Source of the DNA: Polyangiales bacterium
GTDB lineage: Bacteria; Myxococcota_A; Polyangia; Polyangiales; Houyiibacteriaceae
Length of the DNA stretch: 38,222 nt
Reading direction: 5' to 3'
Assembly (NCBI GenBank): GCA_041581895.1
Contig: JBFICQ010000003.1
Coordinates: forward strand, 1-38,222
Shown: piece by piece, positions 19,489 to 28,168 of the stretch
Position numbering within the stretch: position 1 is the first letter of the stretch
Layout: every line of letters begins with the position of its first letter
The notes under the pieces: generated by a model
What the model was told of the DNA's origin: nothing
What the model saw: only the letters and a program-made list of their open reading frames with translations
The model's database searches: none
Made by a program: the position numbers and the translations under genes

Positions 19489-21186
19489 ATGTCGTCAAAG
19501 GTACAACAACGTGCTGCCAGCGAATCGCTCGTTTTCCTTTTGATCGTGGGTGGCATTCTGATTTTGCTGAATGTGCTCGCGGCCTTTTTCCCTTCGCCAC
19601 GCATCGACCTCACCGGAAACCGTTTGTTTTCGCTGGCCGAGGGTTCGAAGCGGCTTGCGTCGAGTCTGGACGACCGTCTCGAGATCACGGCTTACTTCAC
19701 CGAAAACCTACCCCCGCCCTTCAACGCGACGGAGCGTCACGTTCGCGATCTGCTGGCAGAATACGCGGCGGCTTCGAACGGCGACATCGTCGTCAATTTC
19801 GTGAATCCCGACAGTGACGAAAAGCAGCAAGGTGCACGTTCAGACGGGATCCAGCCGGTCGCACACCAAAAAATCGAAGAGGACCAGGTTGCGGTCGTCG
19901 AGGGATACCGCGGTATCGTGCTCAAGTACCTCGACCGCAAAAGGACCGTCCCGGTCGTGCAAGATACAACCGGGCTCGAGTACATCCTCACTTCCGCGAT
20001 AAAGGAGTTGGTCGGGGAGCGAAAACCCGTCGGCGTCGTATCGGGACACGGAAGTCCCTCGCTCGAGCAGGGCCTCTCGAGCTTGGTTTCGGTGCTTCGG
20101 CTCTACGACCTCCAAGCAGTCGACACGTCTCAAGAAATCGATTCGGGCCTCGCCGCATTGCTCATCATCGGCCCCAAAGAGTCATTCACCACGGACGAGC
20201 TGCGACGCATCGATCAATACGTCATGCGAGGCGGCTCGCTCGGTATCTTTGGTGGATCGCTTTCGGTCGACCTCGCCGGCTCCGCCCCAACCGCTCAACC
20301 GGTCACTTCGGAGGTCGGGCGACTCGTCACGGCATGGGGCGTGGAGTTGCAATCGCAGATCGTGCTTGACGCTCGATGCAGTCGCGCTCCGATGCGAGGG
20401 CCCCTCGGGCTGCAGGTGCTCGTACCCTACCCGCCCATTCCGGTGCTTCAACTGACCGACGAACAACGCGAGCACCCCGTGATGTTTCGTCTCGCTGCCC
20501 CAATGCTCCCGTTTGTGGCGCCTCTCGAGATCGGGGAAGCCCCCGAGGGCGCAACGCTCACCGTCCTGGCGAGCTCCTCGGACGACTCTTGGACTATGGA
20601 AGGGCCATCGATCGCGCTCGAGCCGCGAGATCCGCGGGACTGGCAGATGACTACGAACTTGGGTCCGTTTGCGTTGATGGCTGCAATCGAGGGGAAGCTG
20701 CCCTCCGCGTACACGACGCCAGAAGAAGGCGCAGCGCAGATTCAAGCGCCACCCCTCTCAGAAACGGACGTGCGGGTTTTGGTCACCGGCACAAGCACGT
20801 TCCTCGAAGACACCTTCATGCCACCACCTCAGGGTGGCGAGGTGCAGATGAACGCGGCTCTCGCGTTGGCGCTCAATGCAATCGACTGGTTGGCGGCCGA
20901 CTCCGACCTGATCGCGATTCGAGCGAAGACCGTAGAAGAACCCGCCCTCGACATCCCAGATTCGGTGCTAGCGGCAGAAGATACCGTTCTGGCAGCTGCC
21001 GAAGAGGGTGACAAAGCCAGGGTCGAGGACGCTCTCGAAGAACGAAAAGCGGCCATCGAGTCGTGGGAGGGCAAGAAGCTCGCCTACCGGTGGCTCAACA
21101 CCCTCGGGATTCCGTTTCTCGTAGCGCTGTTTGGTTTGCTCCGCTGGCGTCAGCGCACAAACAAGAAGAAGACCCTGAAACTCTAA
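19489..21186 (+). CDS. GldG family ABC-transporter auxiliary protein
   Basis: N-terminal TM; RIDLTGNRLFSLAEGS, LEYILTSAI, GHG, LLIIGPKE, IDQYVMRGG and NAIDWLAADSDLIAIRAK; C-terminal TM. Confidence 0.85.
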   Translation: MSSKVQQRAASESLVFLLIVGGILILLNVLAAFFPSPRIDLTGNRLFSLAEGSKRLASSLDDRLEITAYFTENLPPPFNATERHVRDLLAEYAAASNGDIVVNFVNPDSDEKQQGARSDGIQPVAHQKIEEDQVAVVEGYRGIVLKYLDRKRTVPVVQDTTGLEYILTSAIKELVGERKPVGVVSGHGSPSLEQGLSSLVSVLRLYDLQAVDTSQEIDSGLAALLIIGPKESFTTDELRRIDQYVMRGGSLGIFGGSLSVDLAGSAPTAQPVTSEVGRLVTAWGVELQSQIVLDARCSRAPMRGPLGLQVLVPYPPIPVLQLTDEQREHPVMFRLAAPMLPFVAPLEIGEAPEGATLTVLASSSDDSWTMEGPSIALEPRDPRDWQMTTNLGPFALMAAIEGKLPSAYTTPEEGAAQIQAPPLSETDVRVLVTGTSTFLEDTFMPPPQGGEVQMNAALALALNAIDWLAADSDLIAIRAKTVEEPALDIPDSVLAAEDTVLAAAEEGDKARVEDALEERKAAIESWEGKKLAYRWLNTLGIPFLVALFGLLRWRQRTNKKKTLKL

Positions 21187-21204
21187 CCAAGAGACGAGCT
21201 CGAG

Positions 21205-22350
21205 ATGCAAGTGCGAAAGAACCGTGTGGCGATCGGAGCTGTGGTCTTCGTGGCGCTGCTCGGCGTGACGATCTGGGCGGCGCGTACGAGGGATGAGCCG
21301 CGGACGGATACGACGGGTGAGTTGCCATCGCTCGAGATCGACCAAGACGCCGTCACCTCACTCGAGATTACGCGTCCCAAGGGAGACGGAACCGAGGTGG
21401 TGGTTCTTTCGAAAATGGATGGTGCATGGCGCGTGACGGTGCCTCTCGAGGCAGAGGCAGATCTAAACAACGTTCGTTCCGCTCTCAATCGATTGGTGGA
21501 AATGAAACCGAAAGGCGTGGTGGCCACCCGTCCGGAGAACTACGCACGCCTCGAGGTCGACGATGCTCAGGCGGTCAAAGTGGTGGTGCGCTCGGGTGAA
21601 GCGGCACCCATCCAACTTCGGCTAGGCAAGTACAGCAACGGCGTCACGATGGTCCGAATTGGCGACCGGACGGAAGTGTTCTCGGTGAAGGGGTCGGTCC
21701 GATTCCCTTTCGACCGAGACCTCAAGACCTGGCGCAATCGCCGGGTCACGGATGTTCAGGCCCAAACGGTGCAGGAGATCGCGTTCGAAAGCGACAACGG
21801 CTCGTTTCGATTCAGCCGTCAGGAGGGCTCCTGGATTCCTGCTGAGAAGCAGAAGCCAATCAAGGACTTCGACCCCAGGAAAGTCGAAGGTCTCGTTTCG
21901 ACCGCGGCGCGTCTCACCGCCTCGGGTTTTGCATCGAGCGAGGTGTCGTCCGCGCGTGCCGGCCTAAACGAACCCGAAGCGACCATTACTCTCTACGTCG
22001 AACCACGCGACGAAGAGACGGCCGGCGACGCAGGGACCGAACCTGCTCCGTCCGAGCGTCAGGTCATCGTGCTCGAGATCGGCGATCAGACCGACAAAGA
22101 CACCGAGCTATACCTGCGCCGCAAGGACAACCCAACGATCTACGTGGTATCTAAGTATCTCGCGGACCGGCTCCGACCGGATGCGAAGGCGTTCGCAACG
22201 TCCGAAGAGACGCCGCCGACGACGCCTCCGACTCCTTCGGCACAAGGGCAGAGCCAAGGGCAGCAGCCGCAACTTCCGCCGGAGGTGATGAAGCAGCTGC
22301 AGGAGCAGCTCGAGAAGCAGCAGCGAGAACAAAGGGGGCAGGCCCGTTGA
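21205..22350 (+). CDS. DUF4340 domain-containing protein
   Basis: N-terminal TM anchor and two repeated beta-rich units (GAWRVTVPLEAEAD.../LKTWRNRRV; LEIGDQT...YVVSKYL). Typical fourth gene after GldA/F/G-like ABC genes; Gln/Pro-rich tail. Confidence 0.75.
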   Translation: MQVRKNRVAIGAVVFVALLGVTIWAARTRDEPRTDTTGELPSLEIDQDAVTSLEITRPKGDGTEVVVLSKMDGAWRVTVPLEAEADLNNVRSALNRLVEMKPKGVVATRPENYARLEVDDAQAVKVVVRSGEAAPIQLRLGKYSNGVTMVRIGDRTEVFSVKGSVRFPFDRDLKTWRNRRVTDVQAQTVQEIAFESDNGSFRFSRQEGSWIPAEKQKPIKDFDPRKVEGLVSTAARLTASGFASSEVSSARAGLNEPEATITLYVEPRDEETAGDAGTEPAPSERQVIVLEIGDQTDKDTELYLRRKDNPTIYVVSKYLADRLRPDAKAFATSEETPPTTPPTPSAQGQSQGQQPQLPPEVMKQLQEQLEKQQREQRGQAR

Positions 22351-22352
22351 CC

Positions 22353-22751
22353 TCAGCCGTCGCTCAGCCCGAGGCGAAGCCCCGCCACGAGAACGGCAGC
22401 CCACCCCACGAGCAGCAAACCCCCCCCAAACGGTGTGATGGCGCCGAGCTTGGTCTGCCCGGTGAGCGTCATCGCGTAGAGGCTCCCACTAAAGAGCGCG
22501 ATACCGGCGGTGAACGACCAGCCGGCGATCGTTCCTGGAAGGCCTCCGCCCCGGTGAACGAGCCAGGCTGCAAGGCCGATCGCGAGTGCGTGGGTCAGAT
22601 TGTAGTGAGCCGCGGTATTCCACCATTCAAGCCGCTTCGCGCCGTCTGGAAGCGAGTCGAGATGAGACCGGAGCCCATGGGCCCCGAACGCCCCCAAGCC
22701 CACGGCCACAAACCCGAGCAAACCCGAGAGAACGATGAAGATCCGCGTCAT
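22353..22751 (-). CDS. DUF423 (YgdD/TMEM256) family membrane protein
   Basis: From ATG 22751: AVGLGAFGAHGL, TAAHYNLTHALA, GIALFSGSLY and GAITPFGG. Confidence 0.9.
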   Translation of the reverse strand: MTRIFIVLSGLLGFVAVGLGAFGAHGLRSHLDSLPDGAKRLEWWNTAAHYNLTHALAIGLAAWLVHRGGGLPGTIAGWSFTAGIALFSGSLYAMTLTGQTKLGAITPFGGGLLLVGWAAVLVAGLRLGLSDG

Positions 22752-22865
22752 CACCCTCGATGATGCGCCAACTCGCCCGGAGCGACCAGCCCCGTTGCTA
22801 GCACCACGCAAACGAACCGGCTACGATGAATGTTCGACCAGGGTGATTGAGGCGACGGCTCGGAG

Positions 22866-25808
22866 ATGACCGCAGATTTCGGCGTAAACCAAGGACTGGT
22901 CGAAGAGCAGTTTCTCAAGTGGGTGGACAATCCCCTTGCGGTAGACGAGGCATGGCGCCGCTACTTCGAAGGCTTGTCTCCCGCAGATTGGCCGCAAATC
23001 TCGAGTGCAGGAACCATCATTGCGCCGATCACGGCTTCAGGCGCGTTGACGCCCGCCGCGCTGCCCACCGACGGAAATGGAGCGCCCTTGCGCCCCCACG
23101 AGCCGCAACCACCCGCAGTTCGGAACTCCTTGTTTCTTCCCGAAACAGCCGAAGCGTCGTTCGCGCCGCACATTCCAGAAGAACCCAAGAGCGAGAGCCG
23201 AGCATCTTTTCCGCCCTCCTCCGAGGTGCTAGCCGCCACAGAGCTCCAGGCCCGATTGTCCGCGCTCATCAATGCATTTCGTGTGCGGGGTCATCTCTTT
23301 GCGCAACTCGATCCGCTTGGGCTGTCGAAGGCACCTAGCGACGAGTTTGTCCTCGAACGCTATGGGTTGGCGCACGTCGACCCCGGCACGATCTTCTCGA
23401 CGGGCGACCTCGCTGGACCGGCGACCGAAACGCTCGAGTCGATCGTATCGCGGCTCAAGGACACGTACTCCCGCACAATTGGAGTCGAGCATACGTTCCT
23501 CGAGAATCGCGAAGCCCGGGATTGGTTGCAGGAGCGCATGGAGAGCACCGGCAACCACATCGACCTCAGCCGCGAGCAGCAGATCCGAATCCTCACCAAG
23601 CTCACCGACGCCGAGATTTTCGAGCAGTTCCTGCACACCAAGTACACCGGCGCAAAGCGTTTCTCGCTGGAGGGCGGGGAAAGCGTAGTCCCAATGCTCG
23701 ATATCCTCACCGAACGCGCCGCTGAGCTGGGGGTGGAGGAGATCGTCATCGGGATGGCCCACCGAGGCCGGCTCAACGTGATGGTGAACATCATGGAGAT
23801 GAACGTCCGGCAGATATTCGCGGGCTTCGAGGATGATGACCCCGAAGCCTACGTCGGCCGAGGCGACGTGAAATACCACCTCGGCTACTCGCTAGATCGG
23901 AAGACCGTCAGTGGCAAGAAGGTCCACATGACTTTGGCCTTCAACCCGAGCCACCTCGAGTTCGTGAATCCGGTGGTGGAAGGCCGCGTGCGTGCCAAGC
24001 AAGACCGCAAAGGAGACCACGATCGAATTACTGTCCTGCCGCTCTTGATCCACGGCGATGCGGCGTTCGTGGGCCAGGGGGTCGTTGCAGAGACACTGAA
24101 TCTGAGCCGACTCAAGGCGTACGAGACTGGCGGAACGATCCATGTCGTGATCAACAACCAGATCGGTTTTACCACAATCCCGGAAGACGCACGCTCGACC
24201 TCGTACTGCACTGACATCACGCGGATGTTGCGTTGTCCGGTGTTCCATGTGAACGGCGAGGACCCAGAGGCCGTCGCACAAGCGGTTACGCTCGCAACCG
24301 AATACCGACAACGGTTCCACGGAGACGTCGTTCTCGACCTTTTTTGTTACCGCAAGTACGGCCACAACGAGGGAGACGAGCCCCGTTTTACACAACCCTT
24401 GATGTACTCAGCCATCGACCAGAAGCGCACGGTGCGGGAGGTCTACGTCGAGCATCTGAAAAAGACCGGCAAGATCACGGACCAACAAGCCGAGGAAATT
24501 AAGAAGCGTCGTCAACAAGACCTCGAGAATGCCCTCGAGGACACGAGAAGCAACGGAAACTACAACTTGATTCCGGCATCGATGCTCGGTCACTGGGCCG
24601 ACTACAAGGGTGGCGCCGACGCCAGCGTACCCGACGCCGACACCCGGTTTGCAAGGGACGGATTGGTGGAGCTTCTCGATCGGCTCACCAGTTATCCGGA
24701 TTGGTTCACACCTCATCCACGCATCAAACGGTTCGTCCTCGACAAGCAACGACAAGTCCTGCAGACCGGCGAGGGAGTCGACTGGGGCACCGGAGAGAAT
24801 CTCGCGTTAGCGAGCCTCCTCGTGGAAGGGCATCGATGTCGCCTCACTGGCCAGGACGTGCGCCGAGGCACCTTCAGCCATCGGCATGCGGTGATCTACG
24901 ATGCCAAGACGGGACGCCGATACACGCGCCTGGGGCATTTGAGCCCAGAGCAAGCCCACTTGGAAGTCTACGATAGCCCGCTGTCGGAGGTTGGTGTGCT
25001 CGGTTTCGAGTGGGGCTATTCCCTCGATTCCCCGGATGCGCTCGTTGCTTGGGAAGCCCAGTTCGGCGATTTCGTCAATGTCGCTCAGGTGATTGTCGAC
25101 CAGTTCATCTCGTCATCCGAAGACAAGTGGCACCGACTGAGCGGACTCGTGATGCTCCTTCCGCACGGCTTCGAAGGGCAAGGCCCAGAGCATTCGAGCG
25201 CCCGGCTCGAGCGCTTCTTGCTGCTGTGCGCCGAAGACAACATGCAGGTCGTCAACATGACGACTCCGGCACAGCTCTTTCATTGTCTGCGTCGTCAAGT
25301 GCTTCGACCGTGGCGAAAGCCGCTCATCGTCATGAGTCCGAAGAGCCTGCTCCGCAATCGCCGCGCGGTGAGCACTCTCGATGAGCTCGCAAACGGGGAG
25401 TTTCAACGCATCATTCCGGACGACCCAGCGATCGACCCTTCCAGAGTCCGGCGCTTGCTCCTCTGCACGGGCAAGATCTACTACGATCTCCTCGAGCGTC
25501 GTGAGCGCGACGAAGCAACCGACATCGGCATCATGCGAATGGAGCAGCTCTACCCACTTCGCGCTGCAGAGCTTCAAGAACGTCTCGCCCCCTATCCTGA
25601 CAAGGTCGACTTGGTCTGGGTTCAAGAAGAGCCTTGGAACATGGGCGCGTGGTATTTCATGCGTGCGCGGCTACCGGAAATCCTGGGCGCGGACGTGCGA
25701 TTGCGATGCGTTGCGCGTCCCGAGAGCGCCAGCCCGGCGACGGGCTCCGGTGCATCCCACAAGCTCGAGCAACAGCTGCTGCTCGACGAAGTCTTCAGCC
25801 AGATATAG
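22866..25808 (+). CDS. sucA: 2-oxoglutarate dehydrogenase E1 component
   Basis: 980 aa; RGHLFAQLDPL, GAKRFSLEGGE, GMAHRGRLN, GDVKYHLG, NPSHLE, HGDAAF (ThDP motif), GHNEGDEP, RGTFSHRH and WEAQFGDF. Confidence 0.96.
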   Translation: MTADFGVNQGLVEEQFLKWVDNPLAVDEAWRRYFEGLSPADWPQISSAGTIIAPITASGALTPAALPTDGNGAPLRPHEPQPPAVRNSLFLPETAEASFAPHIPEEPKSESRASFPPSSEVLAATELQARLSALINAFRVRGHLFAQLDPLGLSKAPSDEFVLERYGLAHVDPGTIFSTGDLAGPATETLESIVSRLKDTYSRTIGVEHTFLENREARDWLQERMESTGNHIDLSREQQIRILTKLTDAEIFEQFLHTKYTGAKRFSLEGGESVVPMLDILTERAAELGVEEIVIGMAHRGRLNVMVNIMEMNVRQIFAGFEDDDPEAYVGRGDVKYHLGYSLDRKTVSGKKVHMTLAFNPSHLEFVNPVVEGRVRAKQDRKGDHDRITVLPLLIHGDAAFVGQGVVAETLNLSRLKAYETGGTIHVVINNQIGFTTIPEDARSTSYCTDITRMLRCPVFHVNGEDPEAVAQAVTLATEYRQRFHGDVVLDLFCYRKYGHNEGDEPRFTQPLMYSAIDQKRTVREVYVEHLKKTGKITDQQAEEIKKRRQQDLENALEDTRSNGNYNLIPASMLGHWADYKGGADASVPDADTRFARDGLVELLDRLTSYPDWFTPHPRIKRFVLDKQRQVLQTGEGVDWGTGENLALASLLVEGHRCRLTGQDVRRGTFSHRHAVIYDAKTGRRYTRLGHLSPEQAHLEVYDSPLSEVGVLGFEWGYSLDSPDALVAWEAQFGDFVNVAQVIVDQFISSSEDKWHRLSGLVMLLPHGFEGQGPEHSSARLERFLLLCAEDNMQVVNMTTPAQLFHCLRRQVLRPWRKPLIVMSPKSLLRNRRAVSTLDELANGEFQRIIPDDPAIDPSRVRRLLLCTGKIYYDLLERRERDEATDIGIMRMEQLYPLRAAELQERLAPYPDKVDLVWVQEEPWNMGAWYFMRARLPEILGADVRLRCVARPESASPATGSGASHKLEQQLLLDEVFSQI

Positions 25809-25844
25809 CGACGAGATGACTTCGCCGAGCGGGGCCGTGAACCG

Positions 25845-26252
25845 TTACGACTTAACCTTGATTGTCCGCGGGCTCGGTGCCTCTTTTTTGGGCAGCCTCA
25901 GGGCGAGCACGCCGTTTCTCAAATCGGCGCTGATTTTCTCTGCGTCAACCGTTTCGGGAAGGCTGAACGACCGTGAAAAACTCCCGTACCGGCGCTCCAC
26001 ACGCCTGTAGCGACCTTCACCCTCTTCCCTCTCGACCTTCCGTTCGCCGCGGATCGTCAGAACGTTCTTTTCAATATCGACATTGACGTCCTCTCCCGAA
26101 AGCCCTGGCACCTCCGCTTCGACGAAAAACGCGTCATCTTCTTCGCGGATGTCGACCGCGATCTGGAACGGCTGCGTGTTGAGCCCCCTGCCACCAAAGA
26201 AGTGGTCATGGAGGCGATTCATCTCTTCGAATGGATCCCATCGAACTAGCAT
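25845..26252 (-). CDS. Small heat shock protein, Hsp20/alpha-crystallin family
   Basis: Start MLVRWDPFEE at 26252 after SD GGAGGAG. VDIREE, AEVPG, LTIRGER, ERRYGSFSRSFSLP, NGVLALRLPK and C-terminal I-x-V motif (IKV). Confidence 0.95.
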   Translation of the reverse strand: MLVRWDPFEEMNRLHDHFFGGRGLNTQPFQIAVDIREEDDAFFVEAEVPGLSGEDVNVDIEKNVLTIRGERKVEREEGEGRYRRVERRYGSFSRSFSLPETVDAEKISADLRNGVLALRLPKKEAPSPRTIKVKS

Positions 26253-26349
26253 GATGCACTCCTCCGTGAACCTGCACACGCAGGCCCAACAAACGTCGAA
26301 GCTAGGCCGGCGCCACCGTTGGGCCAGGGCCGCCCTCCGACGTTTTGCC

Positions 26350-26413
26350 AAGCTAAGCACGGAAACGAGGGTGTCAACTTCCGAATTGACTGCTTTTTGT
26401 GCCGCGTTAGGCT
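26350..26413. promoter_or_regulatory. Back-to-back divergent sigma70-type promoters (hsp20 and lipoprotein)
   Basis: Minus strand: TTGACA (26377-26372), N16, TAGCTT (26355-26350). Plus strand: TTGACT (26386-26391), N16, TAGGCT (26408-26413), 7 nt before the ATG at 26421. Confidence 0.5.
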
Positions 26414-26420
26414 GCCTGCA

Positions 26421-26957
26421 ATGAGGGTTTCGAGGCTCGTGCTCGTGATGGCGCTGGCGGGGAGCGCGCTCGAGGCAGCCTGCGTCGCAGATGAGCGGTT
26501 CAACCCGTCGGGCTGCGATGTGCAGGTGCGGGGCCAGTGGTTCGTTGACGGTCAGAACCCCAACATGACGACTTGCGAGAACATCGCCCTGGTCGAGCTC
26601 GCGATCATCAATGACCCGGAGACCGAGTTCTGGTCTGCGCCGGAGTTCACCCTCAAATGTGACGCAGCGACGGATTCCAACGCTACGGTGATCGACGGGG
26701 GGGCTTTTCTCGACACCCTGAGCGTCACCCGCGGCCGGTGCAATAGGACCGGCGCGATTCTCGAAAACCGGGTGGGCCCCTACAAGTACCGCTGGCGTGC
26801 CACCACGAGTCAGAACTTCGTCGTCGACTGCACTCCGATCCTCTCTCGAGACATCACACCAATCGATGGTGGAACTCAGCTCTTGCTCGATCTTCCGCCA
26901 GTCGATTTTGAAACCATGGATGGCGGCCTCGAGTGTCCGCTTCCTACCATACCGTAG
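26421..26957 (+). CDS. Hypothetical lipoprotein with 6 additional Cys
   Basis: From ATG 26421: MRVSRLVLVMALAGSALEAA-C signal with lipobox-like end; 178 aa, beta-rich mature region. Confidence 0.65.
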   Translation: MRVSRLVLVMALAGSALEAACVADERFNPSGCDVQVRGQWFVDGQNPNMTTCENIALVELAIINDPETEFWSAPEFTLKCDAATDSNATVIDGGAFLDTLSVTRGRCNRTGAILENRVGPYKYRWRATTSQNFVVDCTPILSRDITPIDGGTQLLLDLPPVDFETMDGGLECPLPTIP

Positions 26958-26973
26958 TCAGCTGGAGCCACAG

Positions 26974-27672
26974 GTGTTTCGTTTTCCGCCACTCACCCCT
27001 TTCGTCAAGAAGCTGTTGATCGCTCTGTTCGGCACGTGGATCGCGCAGATCCTTTTGCAGAACTGGTTGGGCATTCCGGTTCTCGAAGTCCTCGCTCTCA
27101 ATACTGCCGCACTCGGGCTGCACACGCTCTGGCAGCTCGCCACGCACGTCTTCGCAGCACCGACTGGGCCACAGTACGTGTTGTCGATGCTGATCACACT
27201 GCTCTTCTTGTGGTGGATGCTCGCGCCTTTCGAGCAGCGCTTCGGCCAAAAGCGCACCATTCAATTGTGCATCGTTGCAACCCTGGCGTCGGCCATCCTA
27301 GGGATCGGTGTCGGCCTGTTCCTGCCGACCTCGCACCCCTTGTTCGGCGCCCAAGCGCTTCTGCTTGCTTCCATTGCTGCATTTGCATGGTCCTACCGCG
27401 GCCAAGGGCGGATGAGCCTCTTTGGCATCGTCGACATGAAACCCATCCACATCATTTACCTGGTGTTGGCATATAGTCTGCTGATGTTCATCACCTCGGG
27501 CGATGCGGTCTCCTTCGCAGCCGATCTCGGTGCGGTCGGGGGTGGGATGGGGTTTATCGAATGGCTACGAAGGCCGCCTTCGAGGCGCCGGCGCCGCAAG
27601 CCCAAGAAGAAGAAGGGCTCGTTCGACGTGATTGCAGGGGGTCGCACCGACGAGCCGCGTTGGCTAAACTAG
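26974..27672 (+). CDS. Rhomboid-fold intramembrane protein, apparently catalytically inactive
   Basis: GTG start after GGAG. PPLTPFVKKLLI, LWQLATHVF, FEQRFGQKR and about 6 TMs. Expected GxSG reads GAQA and the TM6 His position reads AADLGA. Confidence 0.7.
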   Translation: MFRFPPLTPFVKKLLIALFGTWIAQILLQNWLGIPVLEVLALNTAALGLHTLWQLATHVFAAPTGPQYVLSMLITLLFLWWMLAPFEQRFGQKRTIQLCIVATLASAILGIGVGLFLPTSHPLFGAQALLLASIAAFAWSYRGQGRMSLFGIVDMKPIHIIYLVLAYSLLMFITSGDAVSFAADLGAVGGGMGFIEWLRRPPSRRRRRKPKKKKGSFDVIAGGRTDEPRWLN

Positions 27673-27675
27673 GCC

Positions 27676-28134
27676 ATGTTTGTTCGGTTGCTTTTGCTGA
27701 CTGTTGCGTCCCTCGGGCTTTGCCTCGTGCATGGTTGCTCGAGCCGCGATGTCTTCTCGCCGATCTACGACACCTGCTTCGACGTCGAGAACTGCGTCCC
27801 GACCGCCGACCTCTGCGAGGAGCTCACCGTCGACTTTGCGGGCATTTCATACACAAACGGGATTTGCACCGTGGCCTGTGCCCTCGAAGGCCCCACGGCC
27901 CCGGGTTGCCCGAGGGCCATCATCGGTCGGAACGGTAGTTGCTATCCGTCCAGCATTGGGGGAGGTGTCGACGACACCCTGATCTGTTTCGAACCGTGCG
28001 ACGTCGACGGGGATTGTTTGTGCGGTTTCCGGTGCCTCGGCGCGGGTGACTTGTGTCCGGGCCCCAGCTTTCCGTGCCCGATCGCGGACGGCGATGCGAT
28101 ATGTGTCCCGGGACCGAACGGCTGCTTCTTTTGA
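27676..28134 (+). CDS. Cysteine-rich secreted lipoprotein
   Basis: 152 aa with a signal ending at LVHG-C (Cys21) and 16 further Cys, including CFEPCDVDGDCLCGFRC. Confidence 0.75.
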   Translation: MFVRLLLLTVASLGLCLVHGCSSRDVFSPIYDTCFDVENCVPTADLCEELTVDFAGISYTNGICTVACALEGPTAPGCPRAIIGRNGSCYPSSIGGGVDDTLICFEPCDVDGDCLCGFRCLGAGDLCPGPSFPCPIADGDAICVPGPNGCFF

Positions 28135-28168
28135 GGCTCTTCGCACAGCCGCATGCTAACCCTCGGTC

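Noticed and set aside
26350-26380. CIRCE (HrcA) operator upstream of hsp20
   Set aside because: TAAGCACGG...GGGTGTCAA resembles the arms only loosely and the spacing is 6 rather than 9 nt; the TTGACA is adequately explained as a -35 box.
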